DNA of 64,000 nt from Octopus sinensis (lineage: Eukaryota): positions 39,060,001 to 39,124,000 of the forward strand of contig NC_043002.1 in the NCBI RefSeq assembly GCF_006345805.1. Direction: 5' to 3'. The translations under genes and the position numbers were made by a program. Below are positions 23,216 to 37,705 of this stretch, one piece after another. Numbering within the stretch: the stretch's first letter is position 1; every line of letters starts with the position of its first letter. A model generated the notes under the pieces. The model was not told the DNA's origin. It saw only the letters and a list, made by a program, of their open reading frames with translations, and did no database searches.

Positions 23216-25715
23216 CATATATGCATATACACACCGGCCTCGGTTCAATTTGAACCCAGTATTATGAGGGACGAGACTTGATAGTCTAATACTATATTGC
23301 ACATTCTGATTTCTAAGAAATGCATTATTTCATATTGATCTGAAATTTTGACACAAGACCAGCGGTTTCGAGGAAGGGGCAAAGTCAATTACATCGACCC
23401 CAGTACTCAATTGGTACTTATTTTATCGACCCCAAAAGGATGAAAGGCAAAGACGACTTCGGCAGAATTTGAACACAGAACATAAAGACGGGCGAAATAC
23501 CGCTGAGTATTTTGTCCAACGTGCTAACGATTCTTCTAGCTCACTGCCTTAACCAAGTATTTTGTATTGGTTTAAAATTTTGGCACAAGTCCAGCAAATT
23601 TAGAACAAGAGTAAGTTGATAACATCGACTCCCAGAGCTCAGTTGGTACTTATCTTATCGACTCAGTCGGTTACGACGACGAGGGCCCCATTCGCCATGA
23701 TAGATCACTAGCCACTACACATTCTTTATTTTCTCTTTGTGTTTCCTTCTGCGTAGGCTCGAAACGTTAAAGACTTTTTCACTTCCCGAGCGTTATACTA
23801 ATACATCTCTTTGTTGCCTACACCACCTGTCAACGCGTGTGTGTTGTGTGTGTGTGTGTGTGGTGTGTGTGTGTGTGTGTGTGTGTTACCATATAAGAAT
23901 TTAGAAACGGCGAGATTGCGTGAAATTATTCGTTTTTAACGGTTGAAATGGAATGAGATAAAACTGTAAATAATCTTTTGTAGAATATATACAAGGCTTG
24001 AAATTTTGGACATATCGATACCAATGTGCAACCGGTACGTAGTCCATCGACCCCGAAAGGAAAACATTCGCTCAAGATGCTACGAAGAACAATTGAACAC
24101 GGGGTACGTGTGTTTGTGAAGTAAACTTTTTAATCATAGTCATACTGTGCACGCACAGCAATAATTCTTTCAAACTTCGGCACAAAGCCTACAAATTTTA
24201 GGCGAGTGTGAAGTAGATGGCATTGACTTCACTGATACTTCTTTTGTCGACCCCGAAACAATGAAAGACAAAGTCAACCTCGGAGGAATTTGAACTCAGA
24301 ACATAGAGCTAGAAGAAATGCCGCTAAGCATTTCGATAAGTACTAATGATCCTACCAGTTCGCTGCTTTCTCCTGTACTTTAATAATGGTTTCAAATTTT
24401 GGCACAAGGCCAGCAAGTTTGGAAGTAGAGGTAATTTGATTATATCAATCCCAGGGCTCAACTGGAACTTATTTTATCGACCCTGAAAGTACAAAAGACA
24501 AAGTCGACTTCGGCGGAATTTGAACTCAGAACGTAGACGGACGAAATGCCGCTAACCATTTTGCCCGTCGTGCTAACGATCCTGCCAGCTCGCCACCTTA
24601 TTTTAAATTTTAATAATCCTTTCTACTATAGACACAAGGCCTGAAATTTGGAAGAAGGGCTTAAATAGATTGTATTGACCCCAGTACTCAACTGGTACTT
24701 ATTCTAGCGACCCTGAAACGATGAAATGCAAAATCGACATCGGTGAGATTTGAACCCAGAACGTAAATCCGGACGAAGCACCGCTAAGCATTTTTCCTGG
24801 CACAGTAACGATTCTGCCAGCTCGCCGCCTTATCCTATACTTTAATAATTATTTCTACTATAGGCACAAGACCTGAAATTTTTGGTGGGGACCTAAGTCG
24901 AGTACATTGACCCCAGTACTCAACTGGTATTTAATTTATCGACCCCGAAAGGGAATTTGAACTCAGAACGTAGCGACGGGCGAAATACCGCTAAACATTT
25001 CGTCCACCGTGCTATCGATTCTGCCAGCACGCCGCCTTATCTTACAATTTAATAATAACAGTAAATAAGATGACTAGATGACAGAAACGTCAGAACGTTC
25101 AGCAATAGGCTTAACGGCATTTCGTCCATGCTTGGGTTCTGAGCTGAAATTTCCTCGTGCTCGACTTTGCCTTTCACCTTTTCGAGTTTGATTAAATAAG
25201 TAGTAGTTACGCATCGGGGTTGACGAAATCGTCCTGCCCACTCCTTAAAACTTCAAATCTTGTGCCTACAGTAGAAAGGAATGATAACAGTAAATACAAC
25301 AATGCGTACCATAAATCGTAAAACGTTATATACGAGTGAGTTTGGTAGTGTACATATATATAAAAGACTGAAGTGATACAGGGATTCATAATTCTAGATT
25401 GAATTTCAATAAAACAAAGCGCTTTATGATAGGTTTAATAGATACGTGGTTGGGTTTTAATGCCGATGGTACACAACGGGAGTTTCCGTCCGATGGAAGC
25501 ATGCTTCTTAGCAAAAAAAATAATAAATTGATGCATAAATAGCTTCATTTCGTAAATAACTATGAGTATATATATATGTGTGTGTGTGTGAATAAATTCA
25601 TATTTCATGTATGTGGGCGTATGTATACATGCGTTATGTGGGGGGCGGCTGGTGATGGAGGTATGTTGGAATGGCTGTTTTTGTATATGTGGAATAGTGT
25701 TATAACACATCCTTT

Positions 25716-25768
<53 letters not shown>

Positions 25769-25928
25769 TACATACATACATGCACATGGGTATACATATA
25801 ATGTATTCTTTTACTTGTTTATTCAATCATTTGATCGTGGACACGCTGGAGCACCGCCTAAAATGGGTTTAGTCGAAGGAATCGACACCAAGACTTATTC
25901 TTGGTAAGCCTAGTACTTATTCTATCGG

Positions 25929-25972
<44 letters not shown>

Positions 25973-26241
25973 TATATTTACATACATATATACATACACA
26001 TAAACTTACATATATATACATGTATACACACACACATATATATATACACACACGTATATTTACATACATATCTACATATACGTACATATATACATATATA
26101 TATATTATATATATATACGTACATATATATATATATATATATACTACATATATATATATATATATACTACATATATATATATATATATATACGTACATAT
26201 ATATATATATATACGTACATATATATATATATATATATACG

Positions 26242-26279
<38 letters not shown>

Positions 26280-28616
26280 ATATATACGTACATACATACA
26301 TACATACATACATACATACATACATACATACATACATACATACATACATACCAAAATACCTTTCAAGTTTTCGTAAGTTTCCAGAGAGTAAGTCTTACAT
26401 ATTTGTCGGGGTTTTCACCAATTAGAAAGAAATGAGGTTAGTTATTCCTATTACCATCACCAACATCAACACACTCACCACTGTCAGCGCCTCATTCAAC
26501 ATACAGTTAGAATTTTTTTTTAAGACACTTAAAATGCAATGCGTAGCATAAAATTATGTTAAGTGTGTTCAGGTTTTATGCCCTTCATTCTTTGCAAACA
26601 TTGTTAGCTACCCTTGTGAAGCTCCTTTGAAGAACCCCGGTGCAAATGAGAAATCAACTTAAATTGGCTTTCGCTTGATCATTTTATTACGTATTCGGCA
26701 TTCTGCTTTCAATTACCAATAGTCGCAGAGTTGATTTCCCCAGTGTTACGAATTGACTTTGTCAAAAGAAATCATTATTTTCTATGAGGAGAGATTCAAT
26801 TCTCTGTTGATGCATGTTCCATATATGTAAGTCAGTAACAGGAATGGTATTATACTAATTTCGTATTTTTACCAGGTGAATAAGTGATGTAATACGATAC
26901 AAAAATAAATTAGTGATAACAATAATGCTACAAGTTTGGATCAGAAGGTGTCGAAAACACCATTTTAATGAAGCTCTATAAGCTAATTGTGGAAGGGGAC
27001 TCGATTTTTATCGCTCTTTTTACCTTTTATTCGTTTCACTCATTGGACTACGACCATACTGGAGTGCCGTCTTGAAGGGTTTAGTAAAACAAAGTTCGAC
27101 TCCAGTACTTTTTAAAGTACTTTTTAAAGTGTTTTTAAAGTGTTTTTAAAGCTGGTAGTCATGCTGTCGTTTCCTTTCGCCGAACCGTTAAGTTGTACAT
27201 CCACAAATCAACACCGGTCGACAAATGGTAGGGACACAAATACACATATATATACGACGAGCTTCCTCACAGTCTCCTTCTAGCTCACTGAAAAGTATTG
27301 GTCGGCCGGGGGCTACAGAAGAAGACATTTGCCCAGGATGCTATGCAGTGGAACTAAACCTAAAACCTTATGGTTCCAAAACGAGCGTCTGAACCACACA
27401 GCCGTGCCTGCGCCAATAACTGTAGAGAGAAGCATCAACAGCCATATGGTTAGATTAAGAGGTGAAATTCTGCTATAATATTTCTAAGAGCAGAAAGGCT
27501 ACAGGCTGGTAGAATCGTTACTGCACCGGACAAAATTGCTTAGCGACATTTCATTCAGATTTTACGTTCTGAGTTGAAATGCCGCCGAGTTTGACTTTAC
27601 CTTTCATCCTTTTAGGGTACCATTTGAGTTTTATTGTGCCCGCGGGCTGATATACTCATATGTACAAAATATAGTAAACTTTTCGATCAAAATTTATACT
27701 ATATATGTATACCTATTTGTGATATAGGTCGCGTTTCCACTACAACTGAAAATGGACAGTAATCGTCTGGTAATTGCCATTTGAATGGAAATTTTGTTTG
27801 CACTATAAAACACATATTGCTAGGTTTATACTAACCGCTTGAGACCCAACTACACTTTAGCTGAAAAAAATAGAAAACGTCATAAGTAATATAAACGTCC
27901 TAAATTCAGTGGCGGCGTTAATGAAGATGTTACGCTTTAATTTAATGTGTTAAACTTATCTTTATTAATGTATATCAAATTATACATAGATATATACAAG
28001 ATTTGCACACATATAAGAGTTAGCACCTGTGATCCGCCCGCAGACCTTTTCCTTAGGAAATTTTTGCCCGCCGCACTCAAAAGTTTCCCCACCCCTGGTC
28101 TATGTAATCAACTTACCCCTTTGACATAATTCGGCAGCCTTTTCCTTGGACAACATTAACGGCAAGATTGAGAGGACACTTGCACGTAGACAACTATTCT
28201 ACAAATAAACCTTGCCCAGGATGGTGCTTACATGTGCAGATGAACAAGCAGACATGACCGACTGAGGCCATATAAACAGTTATTTATATATTCTAGTTTG
28301 TATTCCAATGTATACATATCCCTTTCATGTCATATCTATTATTTATACTGTGATTGTTTGATTAATATTTCCATTGTTTTAACATATAACAAATTGCTTC
28401 CAGTTACAGGTTGTAGTGTAAACACATACGTACAGCTAATATTTCGATGACAATGCCGGAAAACACAATTTATTTAACGTTATGCACCTATTGTATCTAG
28501 CTATTCTTATAACGTACTAAGTATACGGATTCTTCGCATGAAAATTACATCGATTTCTAGGTCATCTTTCACACATGGCTAACATGTGAGTGGATGGATG
28601 GATGGATGGATGGATG

Positions 28617-28733
<117 letters not shown>

Positions 28734-29049
28734 GGTCCACTAATAACATTTTGTAATAAATAGTATTAAAATACCTTTATATGTTGTGCGTTGGTCTCTT
28801 TGCATTTATTAATACGAGGGGTGTTGAAAAGTTCCTGGCTCTAAGGGTATCGCGAAAGGTCTGGTTGGAGGCCCGACCTTGAAAGTTCTTTTACAGGGCT
28901 TAGAGAAACTAAAGGACCTCTGCAATAAATGCGTGAACCTGAGAAGAGGATATGTTGAATAAAATCACAATTAACTGATCCTCTTGTATTTTCTTTTACC
29001 CAAAGCCACCCTCTTGTATGTCTAAGACTGAGTACACACCAGCATATCA

Positions 29050-31200
29050 AGAATCATAGTTGTTTTAAATAAATCTATCCGCTTAAACTGTACTCGCTAT
29101 ATATCTGTTTTTTATAAGTTATCCTAAACATAATTTTTTTACCGTTTTTTTTTTCAAAACCAATATCGTAACATTTTCCCAAACTCATTTTCACTCATCC
29201 ATCAATAGGTACACCACATCTAGAACAAAGTTTTACTTCGATACAAATATTTTTCAAATAACACAGCCTGTTGTTGGTCTTAATTTACATTCCTCAACCA
29301 ATACGAAACTTCCTCAGTTTGATAATACGACTTTTAATATACAACAGATTTTTCTTCACAACAACTGCAAGCTTATTTTCATATATATTGTTAATATGAC
29401 AACCATCCTGTAGAAAATGGTGTTATTTTGAAATATGCATGTTTTGTTTTCATCTTTTTGTACATCTTACCAAGATTCTTTGCCAAATAATTCAGAGGCT
29501 CTACCAACCTGTTTCTAACGCATGTTTTTAATTTTAGACATACATTTTTCACCAACTACATCTTTTAACAAATATTGTTATCTGAATATTTTCATGATAC
29601 AAGTTTCAGTTTGTTTCTTTGTACAGCTAAATATGTCAAAGATTTTATTTGCTAGAATACTAAGCGTTAGCGTTCTTCTCTTCATATTACATTCGGTGTA
29701 TTTGTACTTGTGTAATTTCCCTTAAAAGTAATTAATTTGATATTTTCGAAACCAGTTTGCTAAATTTATACTATCTCACTTTCATACATCTATCACTTGG
29801 TACACTTAATCTGGACCCAGTTTTTATATGCACTCGTTCTTTTAATTTACACCGCCTGCTGTTGGTTTTCGTTTACATAAGTTAAAATATTATCAGCCAA
29901 AACAAAACTTCCCATAAACCAATACTGTCAGTATAACTTTTAAGTTATTTTTAACATGGCTCCAGTTCTCTTATTCCTTTAATAGAAGTGATAAACGCAG
30001 TCGTGCATGGCGGACATTTCTCAGATCAAAGCAAAGAAGTTATGTTTTCATTGCTCTTTCAAACTACTGATACAATCCATCGATGTTACGTCCTGACAGA
30101 ATTCGCACTTTCCCGGTGAGAACGACCGGGATTTGGTTCCAGAACTTTCGGAACGGGAAAAGATACCACAAGGGTCCTTATTCGAACCTCTAACAATTCT
30201 GCTGTATAAAATCCATTGTTAACAGAAACTTCATTTTCAAATGTCATTCATTAACCGTTTGACTAGTTCACAGATAATATGCCTGTATTCCCCCAGAGAC
30301 AATTTTCTCCCAGCTTCCCTCTCCCAGCATCATGTAAGACCATACTTCGTTATTTGTGTTTCTGTTAACCATATATTGACTATATCCACCCCATCCCACC
30401 CCACACTCACACTTTGATCATTTCTTTTGGTTTGTCTTAATTAAGATTTTGCAATAAATTTAGCACACATTGCAATTACTTTTCCTTCCTTCAATCTCCC
30501 TAGATTTTCATAAATGAAAAGTATCTGTTCTATAACCACAGATTAAAACGACTTATTTAATAAAACTTCGTAGTCACTGTCACGTCTTATCTGTGAGTAT
30601 GTAAAAGTGCGCGCGCATGTGTATGTATAACTGTTTAAGTCTTAAGACCAAAACATCAATCTAATACAAGCTTCGTGTCTATAAATTTGTAAAACTAAAG
30701 ATACATTATTTTTTCTCAACATCGACGTGTTCCTACAGATACTAATGCACTAGTAAGTCGTCCCTGGTACTAAAGTGCTCCTACACCTAGGAGTAAAGAT
30801 GCTCACGTTGGCTCTCATAGTTAGTTACTTAAGTCCAGTGAAAATACGTCTGACTGTTCAATAGGAGCTGTATTAGTATTTACAACACTACAATTATACT
30901 CTCGCACTGTTTTAGTAATATTCCTTGAGCCTAATTTTCATGAATCAGTGGAACAACTTAAATATTTTTTCTACTGAATCCATTAAGCACTTTACCCGTC
31001 GGTCGGTTTTACACTAGTATCTGAACCTTGGATACTTTTTGTGCAGTCCACTCTGTTGTAGGCATTTGAACAACATCTTTGTTCTCATAAGAACTTGATG
31101 TCTTGATACACTACTTCCCACGAGTCGTGGCTTCTTCCTCCCTACTCCCCGCCATTTTCAGTGGCCCTGCAAAAGTCACAGGCTCTGTTCTTTCCCCTCG
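29050..31200 (-). mobile_element. Very degraded LINE-like relic
   Basis: Purine-skewed, non-microsatellite stretch with fragmentary reading frames. The family could not be assigned. Confidence 0.25.
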
Positions 31201-32559
31201 AAATAAGCCATAGAGAAAAAAGAGCTAACCCCTGTGTTTTCTTCTAATATAAGTTTATTTAGGATGATAGATGCATTGGATGACATGGTTGCCATATTTG
31301 GCGAGATCCCTTTACATACTGTGTTGAAATCACACAGAGATCGACATTACCTTTCACCATTCTGGGGTCGGTAAAGCAAAGTGCACTTCAAAAGAATTAA
31401 GGTCGATATAACTAACTGCTCTTTTTATGGAAATGTCGATTATACTATACTTTGAACCTGTTAAAAATAAATATAATAACAGTGGATGGTGGATGGTAAA
31501 ATCGTTAAAGCATCGAAGAAAAGGTGCCTTGCCCAAGGTGCCTTGCAGTAGGAGCTGAATACAGAACCATGTGATTGGAAAGCGAGCTTCTTACCACACA
31601 GCCACGCCTGTACGGTAAGAAGCTTTCTTTCCAGCCATATGGTTCTTGGTTCAGTTCCACTGCGTGACACCTTGGGCAAGTGTCTTCTACTATAGCCTCG
31701 GGCCGATCAAAGCCTTGTGAGTGGATTTGGTAGATGGAAACTGAAAGAAGCCCGTCGTATGTGTGTGTGTCTTGATGTCTGTTTGTCCCCCTCCCACCGC
31801 TTGACAACTGGTGTTGGTGTGTTTACGTCCACGTAACTTAGCGTTTCGGCAAAAACACATCGATACCAGGCTTCAAAAAAAGGTAAAGTACTGGGGTAGA
31901 TACATTCGACTAAAAGATTCTTCATGGCAGTACCCCAGCATGGCCGCAGTGTAATGACTAAAACAGTTAAAGAACATACTTGACATCATTGAGTGAGGGT
32001 ATATAAAGGTTATATGAATATCATCTATCATATATTACAATAAAAGAAATAAGGCCAATCTACATTCTTATGACTAACTTCTGTTTTCTTCTCAAAATAA
32101 CCCGCTAACCACTATTCTTGAGGTTACATATAGTTTATATAATGTCTACTCAGTTAAGTTAGTTAGCAAGCTTACCAATTTATTCGAATCCAACTAACAC
32201 AAGCGCTAAATATAACTGGATGAAACACCAGCAGTATTGGTATGCTCTGCAGAATAATCGCTCAAGTTATTACTACTTCAACACTACAACCCTACTGGCG
32301 AAGTAATCTAATTTTATCTCCATGGAAATCTGATATTAACTCGGTTTAGAGTGTGAACGTCATCACACAGTGCAACCGACTAGATATGCCAAATTTTCTT
32401 CACTATTATGCATCAGATTTTCGTATTGATTTTAGTATTTTCTCTTTTTGACAGCATTTTTTCAACACAAGTTTCTGAATTGTTCAGTAATTTTCACCCT
32501 TTCCACCGTTACTTTAGTGTACACACACAAATACACACATACACTATAATATATTACAT

Positions 32560-32737
32560 CATATATTATGTGAATATATATATATATATACGAATATTTA
32601 TGCATGTATGTATATATATATATATATAATCATACAGAAAAAATATATATATACACGAATATTTATGCATGTATGTATATATATATATATAATTCATACA
32701 GAAAAAAAAGATATATATACACGAATATTTATGCATG

Positions 32738-32778
<41 letters not shown>

Positions 32779-32820
32779 TATATATATATAATTCACACAG
32801 AAATATATATATATACATGC
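32560..32820. repeat. Minisatellite of ~65-nt microsatellite-derived units (about 4 copies); a similar ~3-unit array lies at 49380-49570
   Basis: Repeats of (TA)n-CGAATATTTATGCATGTATG-(TA)n-ATTCA(T/C)ACAGAAA. Confidence 0.85.
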
Positions 32821-33940
32821 ATACATAGACAGATAAACGTATTATTTGGTATTGTCGATCAACTTAATGAAAAACAACAAAACATTTTTTGATGGTGGGA
32901 CTCTATACATCTAGTGAAGTAGATTTTGTTGATGATATTGGCTTGCCTCGCACTTCAGGTTTCGCATTATTGACTTATTTGACAAGTTGAATAAGCCATT
33001 AACAGCGAAACTTGAAGTCCCAGTCAAACCAATATTATCTATCTATCTGTCTATACATACATAATACATACATACATACACAGACAGATGTGTGTGTGTG
33101 TGTGTGTATGTACACACATACACACATTACCTTTACAATAGTTGGAAATTTTAGAAAAAATGTGAAAGATAAGTATAACTCAGCCAAGTTTATTGGAAAC
33201 CTTACCCAAACAAATAAAGTTTTATTAGAAATATCAGAACACTTCCACATAGGCTCCTTTGGATGCAAGCAAGTTGACTGATGGAGCTCAACTCCAATAG
33301 ATACAATAAATTGTGGAAGTTGTAATGATTATTTACGAATACCCTGTAAGTGTATGTTCATACATATATATATATATACATATACTTGTAGATAGATATA
33401 CGCATGCTTATGCCATCCATTTTACTCTCTTCCATTTGTTATTTAATTAAAATTTTCCAACTGACAAGGGAAGTGCGATGACCGAATAAATATGGCTGCC
33501 AGTTTGGGGCTTGTTGATTCGAATCTTGTTTTAGGTGTTGAAACTTTGATGAATACGCTTAACTAATGTTGTTTCGATAAAAAAAAGTCTTGAGTTGCTA
33601 TCACGATTAATAGTTTTATGAGATTTTGGAAATTAGATTAACATTTCGGTTACCTCTGCTCGAAAAGTAAACAATTTTATCAATTTATTTATCTATTTTC
33701 ATTTTTTTTTTTGCAATGTATACAATGCTGCATCGTTAAGAAGCCTGCTTTGAAATTACATGGCTTTGTGTTCAATCCCACAGCGCTACCTCTTGGACAA
33801 GTGTCTTTTACTATAGATTCTGACCGACTAAGGCCTTGAAAACGAATTAGTGTGCGGAGGCCCATCGTGCATATGTGTATGTGTGTGTGTGTGTGTGTGC
33901 GTGCGTGTGTGCGTGTGTGTGTGTGTGTGCGTGTGTGCGT

Positions 33941-33990
<50 letters not shown>

Positions 33991-36900
33991 CTGTGTGTGT
34001 ACTGGGGTCGAACTATTCGACTAAACCCTGCAAGGCGGTACCCCATAACAGTTGCCGTCCAATGACTGAAACAAATAAAAGATAAAAGATATGGAAACAT
34101 TCATTTGCAATTCTTGTGGAATGACTGCGTAAAGAGAGTTATCTAAACGTATTTACTTCGATTTCCTTTATTTCCTTGTACCACCATATCCATAATTTTG
34201 GTCCCAGGAATATATCTTCAGAAATGGTTTTGTAGAAAGACATTGAAAGATTAAAGGCTATCAATAATATTGTTTTCAAATTTTGGCACAAGACCAGTAA
34301 TTTTGGGGCAGGGCTAAGTGAATTACATTGACCCCAGTACTCAACTGGTACTTATTCAATCGATCCCGAAGAGATGAAAGGCAAAATTGACCTCGGTGGA
34401 ATTTGAACTCGGAACGTAGAGACAGACAAAATACCGGTAAGCATTTTGCCCGGCGTGATAGAGATTCAGCCAACTCGCGCCTTAATGATCATCAGTGATA
34501 TTAGATCGACAATCGTATTTGCTTCAACCTTGAATTAAATCCCACAAGATCATTTTAGAGTAAATATGCATCCCACAAGACCACCTTAGGGTAAATATAG
34601 ATAACATAAGCTTTGCTGAGTACTAGTAACCTTCCAGTGAGCAGTTTTCAATACACATGTGAATACAGTTGAACAATTTCATTTCATATATTTTATTACC
34701 TTGAGGAGAAGTTTCACCAAACTACTATACATCGAGGAAAAGTAATTTCCACCAAACTGACTGCTTCACGACACACTAGAAGTCAATGAAGGTAGTCATC
34801 TAGATGACTGTGTGCGATAATTTTATCGTGAGAGGACTGTTACACATTCCTGAAATCACACGCAACCCGCAATCGTTATCTGTGTATGACTTCAACGGCA
34901 AGGTAGAATGAAATGCTTGGGGACATCTGGTGAGGGACTAAATAGCGGAGAATGATTTCTCCAGACTTAGAAGAGGAACTGAAATCAGAACTACTAAGGA
35001 CCATGTGTTGAACCAACGAGAAAGCCTCTATATATTCGCTCGAATTGCTAGAAAGAGCTGCTACAATGCCTTAAAATAATACTACCACATTAAAAAAAAT
35101 GGAAGGACATATTTGGTAATATACACAAAGGCAAAAATAGAATGGCCATGACGAAATGTCTTTGATCATAGGTCTTTTTGTTCAGGACTAACCTGGAGTT
35201 AGACAATAACGAACAATTTAGTCTAAAATTAACTACGCGTCAGTGTTAGAAAGCTGTATTAGTTGCCAAATAGATTGGGTTGTGGGAGTATAAAGCAACT
35301 CAGTCATGGAAACAACGAAGTGCTAATGGCAGGATACGAAATACCACCGCTATAGTGCAGTATTCCATATTTTTAACATTCTTCCATTATTTTTTTCTCT
35401 CTTTTAACGACTTAGCTATCTGTCTGTCTATCTATCTATCTGCTCATTTATACGTGAAAATGGTAAACTAACTATTGGTTAGGTGTTACAAGGAATATTC
35501 ATTCTCATCAGATAAGGAAACAGTATTTCAAGAGGGACTCTTCTGCGTCTTTGAGATGGGAATTAACTTATTGGATTATCTTCGATCTTTTGTGTCAACC
35601 AATGTCACTTCGTCGCTACAGCTCAATGAATATAATCGTTGTTATAATGTTAAACTGTCGTATGTCCAAATATGACCAAATGCGTATTTTTTTTTTTCAA
35701 TATTTATTTTTGCCTGCAATAGCCGGTTCTTTTGGTCAAAGTATCGTATCTCCAGCTGCTTTAGATGCCAAGATATCAAAACTTGTCAAAGTGTAGTTCA
35801 ACGGCTTTGCTATGAATGGTGAAAGTATTTTTTTCGTTTTCTGCAAAAGCAACGTTTTGGACTTAGACACTTAAGCATAATAGCAACGATTTATTTCGAA
35901 ATATGTGATTTTTTAAAAACTTTTACCGGTTAAACAACAATGCTTAATAATTGTGTTGGACATAACATATAATTTTTTTTTCTTTCTTTTAATTAAGTTC
36001 AGCAATAAAATATATGGATTCATTCACGGTTATTATTTATATCTGCAACAAGTAACTTAAGCTTGCATATGAGGATATTTTCTTTCCAGAAATTTCCATA
36101 TTTGCAACCGAGAGAAGAAATAATCATTTTACAGGTTTTTTATAATAAATGTCAACTCTAACTGATCTTTAAATTAGTGAATCATTAATACGATTTATAT
36201 TGATGTCCTCTAAGTACCAAATCATCAGTTGAGGCTGTGTAAACTAGGGGAATAATATTTCCATCAAAAGTATAAACTTATATTAAGACCTCTATGTAAC
36301 ACCTCAAGGAATGTAACAGCAAATTACGAGAAAAATTGTGACAGGCAAACACTGATAGACAGACGGGCGGGCAGATAGATAAATTATATGTATATACCTG
36401 GATGTATACATGTGCATATATGTATGTGTGTATATATTGAGATTTCCTTGTTTCTTTCTTCTAAACTCGATAAAAATTTAGCTCATGATACCGAATCTCT
36501 ATTAAATGTAGCTTTTGTTAATACTATACTTTTACTTAAATAAACTCTTGGAAATCTAACAGAAGATAGTTTACGTTGTTACCTGACCTGATCAATTAAC
36601 GAGCTTACATCATTTTTAAAATAGTGACTACATATTTAAATATTGAAACTTAGGTCAGCATGTTATCTACTAAAGATGAGATAACGACGGCAAAAATAGA
36701 ATATAATATAATAAAAAAAGTTATATTGTTATTTACAATGGCGTAATATATACATTGAAATTTAACATGATATACCATGAATGTTAAATTCAGAAGTTCT
36801 AACGCTGATAACATTCATAGTTGTTGACACAAAGAAAGAATTAGAAAACAGATTTTTTTAATATTCATGTATAGGTATGTACAAATACGATACAAAAATG

Positions 36901-37705
36901 GAGCTAACCGAAGATAACATCTACTTGATTGTTCGACCTTTTGTTTATTAGATTAGGCAAGAGAAAGGGACTATCTCCACGTCCTTACATTCAATTTTAC
37001 AACCTCAAATTATCTTCCATATTAATAGTTCGGAATAACAATTGTAATATCATGCTACTTAGATTATTTTTTCTGTGTGACGTCTTGTAGACTATTATAT
37101 AGGTTCTTGCTGGATATACCATCCAAATTATTCTCTAATTACTGTGACACTGCATCAATTTTCACGGTGAACACAGCACTTAAACAAGATAAATAGTCAT
37201 TATCTTCATGGAAATCTCTACTTTCGTTATTTGATATTTTGTTGTTACTCTGTTATTCTTGTATTGAAATATTTGTGCTATGCGTCCATTCTCTTAACTG
37301 TTTGATATCGAGTTATTCTTTTCCAAATTCGCCACTGAGTGGTGTTAAAATTTTAAATTCATATTGATTCACTGTTCTCCGCCATGCAGTAAAGGCATTA
37401 CTTTATCTTCTATTCCAATCTGAGTTAATCTCAGTATATCATGTAATTGCTAAATGTTGTTAGATAACAATGAATTGTTATATATCAACCTTTAAATTAT
37501 TTCTTACCTTCACTGGCAGAGTAACAAATCAACATTTGTTACGAATGTTAAATCCAAAGCCTGATTCTAGTGCTTCACATGATACAGCTAATGGCAATAG
37601 CAATGAGTTATGTCCTATATCTAGATTTTCGATTTCGAGAAAGTATTTCGAAGAGAGAGAGTATTTAAATTGATATTTCAGTATATTATCAAATTTACGC
37701 TGCCA

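Noticed and set aside
24165-25040. CRISPR-like or tRNA-gene array interpretation of the regular repeats
   Set aside because: The context is eukaryotic, the units are SINEs, there are no unique spacers or cas genes, and the heads lack full cloverleafs.
28030-28100. hAT-like right end (..AAAGTTTCCCCACCCCTG)
   Set aside because: No matching left TIR or 8-bp target-site duplication was found, so it is too fragmentary to call.
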